A DNA stretch of 64,000 nucleotides from Styela clava (Eukaryota). Shown here one piece after another: positions 52,065 to 64,000 of the stretch. The stretch's first letter is position 1, and the number at the start of each line of letters is the position of its first letter. The position numbers and the translations under genes were made by a program. A model generated the notes under the pieces. That model was not told the origin of the DNA. It searched no databases and was given only the letters and a program-made list of their open reading frames with translations. Location: the NCBI RefSeq assembly GCF_964204865.1, contig NC_135259.1, forward strand, positions 3,038,001 to 3,102,000, given 5' to 3'.

Positions 52065-53430
52065 ACGAGCATTTTGTCAATGCGCTTGCACAAACAAGGT
52101 TATTCACAATATTCGGTTTCTTGTATATGATTACCATACTTTCTGCCATGAGAAAAAAGTTGATCAGGCCATTTATCAAAACATGCCATTCCAATGGGTC
52201 ATTGGGATCAACGCGAATGGAAAAACGTGATGCAAGTTCAACATCGAGAATCGACAAAGAAAAAATTAAAACAACAGTTATTTGTTCAGAAAACACTATG
52301 TCTATGATCATGTGACATGTGAATTATCTCTAGTATGGTTTTTAGAACTTAATGTATATATATATACCTTGAAACATGGTTTGGTATTCATTAACTTGGC
52401 CTCGATAATGCCTATTTCAAAAAATAGAGTCAAACCTGGGTATTGCACATGATAGGATATTATAATAATTTTGCCAAACGATACAAGTATGTGTAATGAG
52501 AAGAGTTGGGAATTTCAGGGAAAACACCTTAACCGTTAACCGGGTAAAATTAACCGGTTAACCGTAGCGTGACGTTTCACATAATGATTTTAGCTTGTTA
52601 CGTCACAAGGGTTACAAAGCTATTTCGCGTGACCTTATCCCGGAATCGCTCAAAATTATCCACGAATCGAGATAATTTTGTGATCGCTCTGCTGCAAGAG
52701 ATATGCAGCGTGGGTGGGACATATGGAAGTATTTTCGTAAAACCCGATTCCGTTATTAAATGTCATTTATCTGCCAAATTTTCAGTGTTTGATGTCCAAA
52801 TTCTACTTTGAGATATATAGAGAAAAACAGCATCAACTACGCACTTGTTGGTTGACATTGAATATACGATTTTAAAATAAAACCTTGAACAATATATTTC
52901 GACCTAAAACTGATTCATATTGAATATTGTCAAATTTTCATAATCAGCAATGTTGGTACTTCAATCATTTTTCACATTTATTGGGTCCTCACCAATACAG
53001 TTAGCAATATTCTTTTGAATTAAACGCCACGGAAAAAGGATTTGAGATAACGTAATCATTTTTTAAAGAATTGTACATTATAAAGATGATTTAAACCTGA
53101 GATGTCAGTTAACGGTTAAAATAAATCGTAACTGTTACCCATCTAAATCGGTTAACCATTCCCAGCTCTAGTAATGAGCATATCTAGTGGATTCCGGCTT
53201 GCAAAATATGTATTAAAACGAATTAGTCATTGAACTTCTCTACATTTAGTCATTGTTTGGTAAATATTAAATTACTGTGATCTTTTCTGCTCAAGCTGAG
53301 ATAATCGAATCTAAAACATTTTGCAAGACGCATATTTGTCGTGCTGATTATCCTGTATAGTTAGTTGTTAGGCACTTTTTATGGCCATTTCACTCTGTAG
53401 ATGCTCATTTTTTCGTGACGGTTATTAAAC
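52065..53430 (+). repeat. Third, truncated copy (C) of the fukutin-tail/GST-upstream duplication unit
   Basis: Near-identical to 43749-45300 apart from the MITE at 44143. It includes the fukutin tail at about 52180-52310. Confidence 0.93.
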
Positions 53431-53699
53431 TTGTATTCTTGTTTTGAAGGTCGGTGTAAAGTTTTTTTGCGCTTCCATATGGAGCCCGCTGCTGAATTAT
53501 TTCTAAAATCCATGGAATAGGGTTAGTATGGGTTCAAATATTCGTTGGTGCAAATTTCCATAGGTGCAATAGTATGCAGGTGCAAATGTCGTGGGTTTAA
53601 ATGTATCTGGGTTCAAATGTAATGGAACCGAACCGTCCAGCATGGGTTAAAGCACGGATAGCCCTGTTTTGTAAAACGTTGATGCGGTGTAACAAAGTG

Positions 53700-56220
53700 T
53701 TGTTAACTGATCTTCAAGTTATGATACCATATGAGACTGAAACAAGGCGTAGTACACCATGCGTAGGGTAGACAATGAAGTATAACGCCTACGGCAATAA
53801 AGCATTTCTATCGCCTTGGCTAATTTAACAGCAGTGTTGGCAGTGGCGGTGCGTCAATAAGGCCAACCGGGGCAATGCCCCGGTTGTTTTTTCGGTATAA
53901 TAAAAAATATTCGAAAAATACCTCAATATCGGTTGCACAGACTGTCTACACTAGCCATATTCTCCCGACATGGTTCATTTTTCGCTCGCAAAGCCTTCGC
54001 CGAACGTCGACGGGGCGACGCCAATTTTGCCCCGGTTGCTCATTGTATATCGTATTCTCTCTTTTATCTTCCACTCGCCGCGTTTGTCTCGTTTGTTTTC
54101 TGTTTCTTTTACTAAATCATCGGGGCCGATCGGGGCTAGCCCCGAAATTATGACGACACAATGCCGACGTTTCTTACAACAACGTGTTGACATATTCACG
54201 CATTCCTTCTCGTTCGTTGGTTGCTTGAAGAGTTGATAGACGCAGAGCGAACATTCAGCACGCTGAAGCGTATTAAAACGTGTCTCAGAAACACAATGAA
54301 GCAAGATAGATTAAATTCCTTGGCTGTTCACAGTGAATGTTCCATTCACAGAGACGTTATTTCTGGGATGCATGACTTTAATCAGCGCGTTATTGAGCAT
54401 TTTGCTTTCAAGAAACCGCGGCGTGTTGCATATATGTTCAAGCAGTAGAAGTCTAGCAGCATATATATCTATGAGTGAGCGACGCATGTCCTTATCTTTG
54501 CATTAACTTTCCTTTCTTCATAGTAACGTTTTAAACCTTATTTTAGGTTTTGTCTGCTTTCCCGAAGTTTCTGTTAATATGTCATTCTATTTATCTGGGT
54601 AAATATTGCCTTTCCTTTTGAAAGAGGTTTCAAAATAAACTATGTCTATATTTATTAATCCCTTGACTTGGACCGGTTTTAAAGACATTTTTTATCGTTA
54701 AAAATTGTCGCTTTTGCCGATTGGTTGTTACCGATGGAATGGTTTTTATACTCATAAAATGATGGGAGAACTTACAGCGCTCATCCTGTCCCCGTAGATG
54801 GGGGTGACTTGGTCCCGCAGTAGCTTGCCCCGGTTGTCAAAATGACCACGCGCCGCCACTGAGTGATGGTTATTTGAATGTCCCATTGCAGTTTGTTATC
54901 AATGTGGATGCCAATATATTTGAATGAGCTAACGTTATCAAGAATAGTTCGTTCAATCTCAATTTTCAAAGATGTATGTGACCTGGTTTTGATTGGGGCC
55001 AATAGCATAGTTTTTGATTTTTCTACATTTAAAGTTAATTTGTTTATTTTCAACCAATTAGCTACTTTTTTTTATTTCGGTGTTCACTCTGGACTGAAGT
55101 ACATCAGGAGACTTATCACTATCTAGAACAGCGGTTCCCAAACTATGGGTCGCCACCCACTGGTGGGTCGCAAAAGGAATCTTAGTGGCTCGTGAAATAA
55201 TGTAGAAAGCTTTGATTAATTATACTGGTTATTAGGATCGGTGGCGACTCGAATACGTGAATTTTCGAAAAAACAAAATAAATTAAATTGAATTTAAATT
55301 TTAATACGTGAAAGTTTCCCTTTTACGATCTTCTCAAAGGAACAAAAGTTTGCTACACAAAGAATGACCATGTGGCTTTTTTACGCATAGCAGTTTTGTA
55401 CTCTGTACAGCACTTCTTGCCGTGTTTCCTCGAAATTTAGACAGAATTCAGATTTATTTTCTTTTGAAGAATAACACTAGGGTTTTTTTTTGGAAGAGGT
55501 CTTTTGTGTTCATTTATCAAAAATAAAATTACGCTGTACAAAATCTAGAGATTTTTTAATAAACATTGTTCAAAAACCGATATCCATTGTTTTTATTGGT
55601 ATTTTCTATACAAAAATCAAGTGACAAATATCTTGAATAGTGGTGTGGAACCTTTCCTCTTCAACACATTTTAAATTTATTTTATTAATGGGTAGGGTTT
55701 CAAATTAGGTCTTATTTTCAGGCCAGGTCTTATTCTCGTTTCCTCCATCAATTTTATTAATTTATTAAAGGTAAATGGGTCGGTCGCCTTAAGCTGTGGT
55801 AATAAATAGTGAGTCCCAACTCTAGGTTGAAATCATCAGCGAATAATTTTGTAAATAATGTGCAGCTGTGTGCAAGATCGTTGATGAAAATTAGGAATAA
55901 TGTCGGGCCCAAGCCTGATCCCTGTGGGACTCCATGAGTCACATGTAAGGTAGGGGAACGGTATGAACCCATTTAAACAAATTGTGCTCTATTTGTCAAG
56001 TAATTTGCCAAGAGTTGGTTTGCTACTCCTCTAATTCCATATTGCCACATATAGACTAAGATTTGGTGATTAACGGTGTCAAACGCTTTCTTAGGACCTA
56101 AGAAAGTTGCACTCACATATTCCTTCTTATTTATTTTATCGTATATATGGGATATAGTGTCCAGAATTTCATGCGAAGTAGAATGTTTGGCTTGAAAACC
56201 AAACTGTATTTTATTATTAA
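53700..56220 (-). mobile_element. Decayed non-LTR retrotransposon (CR1/L2-like) RT region, split by DNA transposons
   Basis: GVPQGSGLGPTLFLIFINDL, LFADD, NKLTLNVEKSKTM, FKYIGIHIDNKLQW, then KLAKAIEMLY..LRMVYYALFQSH beyond the hAT insertion. Confidence 0.88.
53841..54861 (+). mobile_element. Internally deleted hAT element (Tip100/ZMYM1-type)
   Basis: TIR CAGTGGCGG / CCGCCACTG with TSD AGTGTTGG / AGTGATGG. It retains AERTFSTLKRIKTCLRNTMKQDRLNSLA. Confidence 0.9.
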
Positions 56221-56353
56221 TTACATTAAATCCACAACTAAAGAGGTAATTCTTTCCTGACGAGCAGGGAGAATGGGATGAATAAGTTCCTATTTGGGCT
56301 GTTTACTGGAAGTCTCATCCAAATCGCCGTGATTATTCAGTTCAAACTGATGG

Positions 56354-56995
56354 TTAGCCTACAGGCCTTCTTTTGATGTGTGCTGAAAGATTACTGGTGA
56401 TAGCATGGTAACTAAGCTTGTCCCCGCATCTTTTGCACACGACGTACTGGCGTTCGTCATCGTCTTTAGCTGGGGGAGTAAAATAGCGCCAAACAGGTGA
56501 TTTCCTATTCATCATAATGCTGCACAGGTACGCTATGCAGAGTATACATTCGTGAAGGTAACGATTTAAAAATACACAATATACCTGCAAAAGTGCACGC
56601 AAATAAATAGTCTTCTATTCCCCTTTCAATGTCGGCAATCTCAAAAACAATACACACGTGTAAATCTGCCTGCAGCTGACGGCGCAACCGTTCTTTCCGC
56701 ATTTTAAACAAATAACACGTCCTAAAAGCGTGAGAAACAAAATCACGCCGGCGTAGTACCCACGAGAAATAATAAAAGAGAAGAGCCTTGCCGTCAAAGA
56801 GAAGTGGCAAGTCTGGGTATGTTCCACACGCAGCAAAGAGAAGTGATAGAAATTGAAAGAACACAGTCATCGGAATGACCCGACGAGAGATGGCTTCACC
56901 TCGACCTCAGTGGACAAAAAAACAAGATGGCGGCGATTCGAAATTTCCGTTTGTACCGATTCGAATAATGTACTCTTCGATTCAACTGCCTGCCC
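56354..56995 (-). mobile_element. 5' part of a BED-finger hAT element
   Basis: RKSPVWRYF...VVCKRCGDKLSYHAITSNLSAHIKRR is a BED zinc finger. A CAGGGCAGGCA-like terminus lies at about 56995. Confidence 0.75.
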
Positions 56996-57339
56996 TGTTT
57001 AGCAGTTATGTTTATTTTAGCAAAAACAAATTAAAGAAATAGATTAATGAAAAACGCGTATTGCATATATAGGTAACAGGAACATTTATATACACAAAAA
57101 TTACTAAAAATTGTTGAAAATAAAAGTTAATATATTGAAATAATATTGTTCATTTGATTAAAATAAATTTCAAAATTAATAAAGTTTACAATGTGATTCG
57201 TTCAATGACTCCATCAATTAAATTGAAAATCAAATCAAAATAAATTAGAAATTATTAAAAAGATAAACGCTAAAAATTATTTTATTTATTTCCTAATTTG
57301 TGACTTTTGGAAAAATTCATCAAGAATAAAAAATATTTT

Positions 57340-60300
57340 TTATTGTATGATATCAACAGATGTTTTACTTTTGCACGTCAATGCGCTCCAAAACTTTTCA
57401 AATGCCGTTTTCTCGGACTTTGTAACATTATTATTCAACCCTATTTCGTTTATGCTATATCTTGGATTAGCATTTTCGTCATGTTTCAAAGTGTTTTCTT
57501 TCTGGCCTATAAATTCATTGCTGTCAGAAATTAGGTTTGGATCAATTATTTCATTACGCTGACGAAGAGGAACATTATTCGATACGTTTTTCTCAATTTC
57601 TTCTTCTGTTAGTTGCGTGATTTTTCTTCTCGTGCGAAAGATGAGTTTTGATTTTTTATCGATTTTCTGCCCCTTTAATATGCATTGTGCTTCATAAGGG
57701 AGCATAAACCATCTCATATCTCGAACACTAGAATTTTCGTATTTTGGTCTTTGGTCTTCCACGTTCTTACCGACAATCTAGGAGAAACAAATTAAACCAT
57801 AACATGAAATATATTGAACTGCAGTATTAACACAAATCAAATTCTATAAAATGTTTTAGTGCATTCTGTTATAATACCTATTTAGCAATTACTGAGTCTT
57901 ATTATTAAAACTGAAGTGGTAAAATTTGTTTTCATACCTGCTTGGCATTAAAAAATATTCTTTCAGCTCGTTTCAAGCAGTCGATTCGAGAAGTTGGTAA
58001 TCCTTTTTTTATTGTAAGTGGCTGTCGGTTTTGAGAAGAGTGTAAGCCATTGGGACGAAAAGATAGATCGTCAAGCTTTTTGCACGAAAGTTCCTTAAAA
58101 ATGATAAATAAAACTTTTACAAGCAAAATTAAAATCTAATTGCTGAGCACTAGTTGTTGTTTTGAAGTAAACTCTAGTTCATTTCACCCTTTGGTACTTA
58201 CATCGATGTACTCAGTATGTTTCCACTCCCCAGAACGTGCACCATACTGATATTGAGGTAACAATGTCCAGCCGTGCTTTGCTATCATTGATACAGCACT
58301 TATGATAAAATCAGCATCTTCGTCGGACAAAAAATAAGTGAAATTCAGACGGGTAAATCCTGGCCTCAATACTTCATATTCTGTCTTCTCAGTGTCATGT
58401 CGCTTACGCGTTTTTGTTCTCTCCCTAAAAACCGATATTTTTATATGATGAGTTATCACTACATTTATTTCGATTTGATCTGAAGTATTTTGAAAGCTAC
58501 ATCCGATATTCTGACGATTGATATCTTGATCGTGAACAGTTAGATCGATATTTTTCTAAATTAAATGGATCGTAATTTATCACAAATGATTTATTTAATT
58601 TTTTACAACGTTTGATTTGTAAATACTAAAACATTCGTTATATAAAATGATTTGAAATTTCTATCAATATCCAATTTATTATATTACGATGAAGATAACT
58701 GCAGTGGGCAGACGCCTTGCACAAATGACGTAAAACTTACGGATCTTCAATTAAAATTCCTTCGAATTTCTTCTCGGCTACTCGATCAATTCCTAATAGA
58801 TGTAAGGCATATACTCCAGCACAAGCACAACCTCCTCTTGACTACATGAAAAAGGGAAAAAATATATCTGAATACGAATGAATGATAACGAAGCAATATG
58901 TATTATCAGTATCAGTACCTGTATTCCAAACAAGTCGTTCAGTAAAGCGGCAACAAAGTTGTAATGTAGGTAGTATCCACTATTAACGTTTCTTATTAGA
59001 AAAGAAAAAACTGCAAGTCTATGCTCATTTTGAATATGTATTGATAATTTTTCGTTCAGGATTCCAAGAATCTCCAGTTCTGGTATATCTTTCCACACTT
59101 CCATTGCTCTTGCATAAAGTTCAGTTTCACGCTTCATGATAACGTCGCATCCCACCGACTAAAACATAAAAACCATCAACGTTTAAAATCTGTTATATCA
59201 TCACAGGCCATTACAAAAGAGAAAAAATGTAAAAATAAATGATAAAAACTTCATATACAATTATAGCAAACGTTTACTTTTTTACCATTTTGAGCTTAAA
59301 TGCTAATCCCGCTCTAATAGAGCCTACGATTGCAGGTGTACCACCTTCTTCTCGTGATTCAATGTCTTTTAAATAGCGATGACCGTTTTCTGATACGAAC
59401 AAAACAGTTCCGCCACCGCATCTTGAAGGGACGGCGTTTCAAAATAGATGCTTCGATGCGATAAGTAAACCTGCATATTCAGAAAGTTTATGTCATGACG
59501 CAAATTATGCCAGAAGATTGGCCAAATTTCATTACTACCTTGCGATATTTATAGGGGTGTTATCATATAGAATTTTTGGTACTCCCGTAGTATGTGTACC
59601 AGGTTAGGCCGTGATTTTATTTCGATTATCCTTATTTTAGTTCCAGTACGAGTCGGCGACTGTCTGTGCCAGCCAAGTGAATATACCTCCTGTACATAGG
59701 CTTCCGTCCCTTTACACAACTTGATGTTAAGTAGGCGAACGAAATTAGTTACCTCCATATTGGTACACATATACTTCCGGAGTGCCGAATTTTTAATAAC
59801 AGATTAAAATCTAATTTCGAGCATATCTAAGATAAAAAAAAATAGAGTTTATACAAGATTCGAGATATAGACATCATACCGACATATTGCAGAAAAAATT
59901 GTATGTTAATCAGGGGTGTGCAATGTTTCATTTATTTATTTGGGCCACACCAATAATTTAGTTTTTCCATGTTCACAACAATTTAAAAAATCTTTCAGCG
60001 AAATAGCACTTTGATTTTGTTAGATTAAATTCATTCAAATATGACTCATGCATATACCCAAATATTTTTTCAGTACCTGGAGCATCTGGACTCCCAACAA
60101 ATTTATGCATGGATATAAACACAGCATCTTTCGAAGTGTTATATTTTCCAATTGGCTCTGGGTGCATTTGAATGTCCATATAAGGTCCTGCCGTCGCATA
60201 ATCCCACAGTGATATCGCGCCATATTTGTGAAGTAATGCAGCAACCTTTCGAGTGTCCGTTGTAATACCTGACCAAATCGAATTAAACATGGATAATTGC

Positions 60301-62976
60301 CGGAACAAATTACATCTCAAATCATGGTTTTACGATTTAACAATGTTACTTTACTATATGACGAAGATTTTGTTGCAATGCAGAAACAAAATGAAAGTTT
60401 AATTCTGTATTTTAATCGATTAATTCACTAATGCCTATCTAAAACTCATTTGGCGTCTGATTGTCAATTCGTATGGTTGATGTACTTGACTAAGATTATG
60501 ACACTTTGAGTTTGTTAAACTATAAATATTACATATAAATAATCTACAATAGACGTGATATTCATTGAATTCACATATTATTATCAAATGTGTAAATTTA
60601 AAGACAATAATCATCCATTGTTGACTGTTTGGAGAAAGTGATTTATTTGTTGCCATTCCCGAAGTGGCGTAATATATAAAGTCGCTCAAATATTCCGTCG
60701 TATCAGTGTCATACTTTGATTTAATATTTTGAACCTCTACTTTTGCTAGGCATATATATACTTTGCATTCTTTACTTTAAAATGAGTGATGCTCTAATCC
60801 TAATATATATGCATGATGATGTCAAGGAATTCAACATAGATCAACGTGATATTTAATATATCATGCATGTCGTAACTCGTAAATATTCTGTTTTGATTTG
60901 GGTAGTCTTTAAACATCTATTTTGCGTGGTCGAATTTTCATTTGGAGAATAAATTTTATTGCACTTATCAAGTTGGGTATATATCAGGGGTGGCCTAACT
61001 ACGGTTCGCAGGCCAAATCCAAAAGTTTTGCCCACCCAGACCGGCGGGCCTTGTAAGTGTGACGCAAAAATTTACAGTTTATGAACAATATTTTCAGTGT
61101 TACAAAAGAAGACGTGGAAAACAATAAGCTTTGTGCCAAAACTAAATTTAATCGCAATCTCAACAAATTTCTTGTGTTATTTTTTAGTTAAAACATCAAA
61201 ATTAGTTTTAGTTCGGTTGTGGCTGTATCAGGAGGGCCAGATTGAATTACCCGCGGGCCGTAATTTGCCAATGTCAGATCTATAGTCAATACAAGTAACA
61301 CTTTTGCTTTTGTAACACTGTAAATATTGTTCATAAAATATAACTTTTTACGTCACACTTATCACACACAGGAGGGCGCCAGTTTGAGGGGACGAAATTT
61401 TTGTCCCTCGATCCACAAATCTTGCCCACCCCTGGTATATGATATACTTTATAACACCATCTAGTCTTTACAGTGTACTTGCTGACATTCTGGGAAAGAA
61501 TGAATGTATTCAATGAATATATATTAATCTCATTCCATTCCAAGCAGTCAGTTGACAGTCGAATGATTTTGACGGTGAAATAATATGAAAATGTGATATT
61601 TCAATTCACCGTGTTATTTCCTTTTACAGATCTTTAGATATCAATATAATATTACGTTTGAATATGCTTACCAGTGATATTCGAGGCGGCACTAAAAGTT
61701 CCTATCAGCGGTCTTCCGGAGTTTGCCCAGGCTCGCAAAGCAATCTCTAAATGTCTCAGGTTTATTCTACCGTCAGCTGATTTGCTTATGTTGACAACCT
61801 AAACAGACAATGAATGAATCATGTGTTGCTGTATCCTTCCCTACAGAACATCCTGAGGCAAAATCACAATGTATCTAATATCTTCAGCTATGAATGCATT
61901 AATGTAGGTAAATTATTTCCATCCTCACTCAATAATAATATTAGCATTCTATCCACTTACTTGACTATTCATTTCTCGCCATGGCAACAAGTTAGAATGA
62001 TGTTCAAATGGGCCACAGAAAACAACCGGAGGTTTAGGTAAATCCAAAACAGAAATGAGTTTATGTACAGCACCGGTTACGCCACTTCCAGCAAATATCA
62101 CAACGTCATCGTCGTCTGCCCCAAGAGCGTCGCGGATAATTTCCCTGAGAAAATGAGGATTTGTGATTTCAATTATAATGAAATTAACTGGTTATTAAGA
62201 GAATATCGTGAAACAAAAACGTGTTCATAGTATAATCCTGTAAACGTAAATGTAATCCACAAAAAATTACAATATTTTTCTGTCTGTTGCAAGAAATCTG
62301 CCAAAGAAAATAAATTTAAGATTTGATGTCATTTCCCAATATTTATGCTTCGAAAATATTTGGTCAAATTACGAAGAAATTCTTTTTCGACGTGAATGAA
62401 GAATAAAGCTGAGTCCTAAAATGACTTATAGTAATTTTCCTGATAGTATAGATTTATGTAAAATTTGAACTGAATTTTTCACATCGGCTTTTTAACGAAC
62501 ATATAAGACTGGAATTTTCAACATAAAAATGGACATTTCCAGTGGGTGGTCCAAAACTGAACTATAACTAGATTCCCATGAAGAGAGAAATGTTCACATA
62601 ATAATAAATTTTTTGCGCTTATCCTTTATTGCTTATAATATAAAATGATTTGTTACTTGGCTTCTTTTCTGAATAAAGTTGTTTGTGATGACGTCACTGT
62701 TGTAGTGGTATGAGTATTTGCGTACATTGGTAAAACTTGCTTCATTATGAAATTTTCAATTGAGTGTAAAGCTTTGCCAGAGGCGACGTAGTCGCAATAA
62801 AGAACTTTTCGAGGTCCAAAAGGTCCATCAAAAATTGCATCACGTCCGATTATATCTTTTTCAATAAATTTTAATAAGTTTTCTTTGTCTTTTTCTGTTA
62901 ATTCTTCACCGGGATCATCTTCGTCTGATTTGATTCCAGAAATTCTATTTTTCCATTCAAATCCTTCCCATGCCAT
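57340..62976 (-). CDS. Class V PLP-dependent enzyme (SufS/cysteine desulfurase-like), 721 codons with one internal TGA. Exons: 62976-62657, 62144-61961, 61798-61672, 60268-60077, 59470-59286, 59158-58919, 58841-58741, 58424-58202, 58093-57938, 57777-57340.
   Basis: Motifs YCDYVASG, YANTHT, FEHHSNLLPWRE, FSAASNITG, WDYA, SMHKFVG (PLP Lys), REEGGTP, LLNDLFGIQSRGGCACAG and RPGFTRLNF. All nine introns are GT-AG and in phase. Confidence 0.9.
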
Positions 62977-64000
62977 TTTGTCTTTTATTTGAATTGAAGT
63001 TCAATATTAACTGCAACTTTTCAACCGTAAGTTTATTCTGTAGATTTATTCAACTTTATAAAATGTATATTGTTTAGTCTATTTACTAAAATAAAAAAGC
63101 TCAAAAAACAAAAGTTAATTGTGTTAAGCTCTTTCATATTTGATTTAACAATGTTGAACTATTATCATTTTACATGATGTACCAATGGAAAATTACGCTC
63201 ACTAGGTAAAAATTGATAGTATTGCCATTTGTTACATGGTCTAACGCAGTTTATGCCGAGACTACGTAGTATCGAATATGTCAGTTATTACAGTAGCCAA
63301 TTCTTCAGCCTCAACTTTCTTATGGTTCTTACTGCCTTCTTCTTAAGAGTTGTTTCCGTATTCTTCCATACATACTTCAAATGCAAATTCCATGAAAGAG
63401 TATTACAAGTTTAGAAATTTCTATCATATCTTACCGTTACACCATTTTTCCGACGACGTTCAATTTAAACTAATAGTTAAAGTAAGCTAAAGGCAGAACA
63501 AATTCGTCGTAAACTAACAACTATGCTATTACGAGAAATGTGTATAATATACAATTCTTTCGATAAAATGGTTTAAGAAAACATGAAATTTCTGTACATT
63601 AGATGAAATATTGCTGTTTTACATGTATATTTAAATTCTCACAGTGATTCAGCTTTCACAAATAGAAAACTAAGACGCAAACTTGCAAACATTATGAATG
63701 TATAATTTGCTATGTTACTTTCTTTATATAGAATGAAGGATAAGTTATTTGAATTTTCCGTATAAATCACAGTAACGCCGTAAGATCAATGTCAACTATG
63801 CTATTTTAAAAGACCTATGTTAATTGCATGCAGTTAGAAGCGATAAGGTCACGAAAATACCTCTAGCACAACTATTTCTATTACAAGCAAAAATTGTTTG
63901 TTTTAAATGATCGCAATAAAACAATTAAAATAACTATTTAAAAAATATTGTAAAAAGGCCACATTACATAACGTAATATAATAAAAATTAACAAATTGGG

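Noticed and set aside
57270-57325. SECIS-like ATGA...AAAA stem just after the desulfurase stop codon (minus strand)
   Set aside because: No GA on the 3' arm to complete the quartet and only a weak AT-rich stem. It is not a canonical SECIS by eye.
57340-62976. Bacterial contamination or recent horizontal transfer of a SufS-like gene
   Set aside because: Nine spliceosomal introns, some with host MITEs, and host-like base composition.

Overview
AT-rich eukaryotic DNA with GT-AG introns. It is probably from an invertebrate chordate such as an ascidian (inferred from gene compactness and transposon types, not proven). Genes in order: the last exon of a CaaX-ending protein (1-136), an orphan 7TM-like gene, a tight APRT(+)/CENPK(-)/PSMD8(-) cluster, RNF170, a G-protein gamma subunit, an intronless fukutin-like gene, two near-identical mu-class GSTs from a local tandem duplication, and a 10-exon SufS-like class V PLP enzyme. 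Intergenic DNA is mostly transposon relics: hAT elements with 8-bp TSDs, a Mutator-like MITE family with 9-bp TSDs, a LINE, and decayed Ulp1-protease/PHD units. The main anomalies are: (i) one in-frame TGA in the otherwise intact desulfurase-like gene; (ii) Asp-to-Asn changes at two of three catalytic positions of the fukutin-like protein; (iii) a stop-codon difference giving GST copy 2 a catalase-like -ANL tail; (iv) a 95-bp satellite array enclosed in a ~5.8-kb TIR-bounded element; (v) a possible PSMD8-CENPK operon. There is no CRISPR array or prokaryotic system. All translations, alignments and family calls were made by eye, without database searches.
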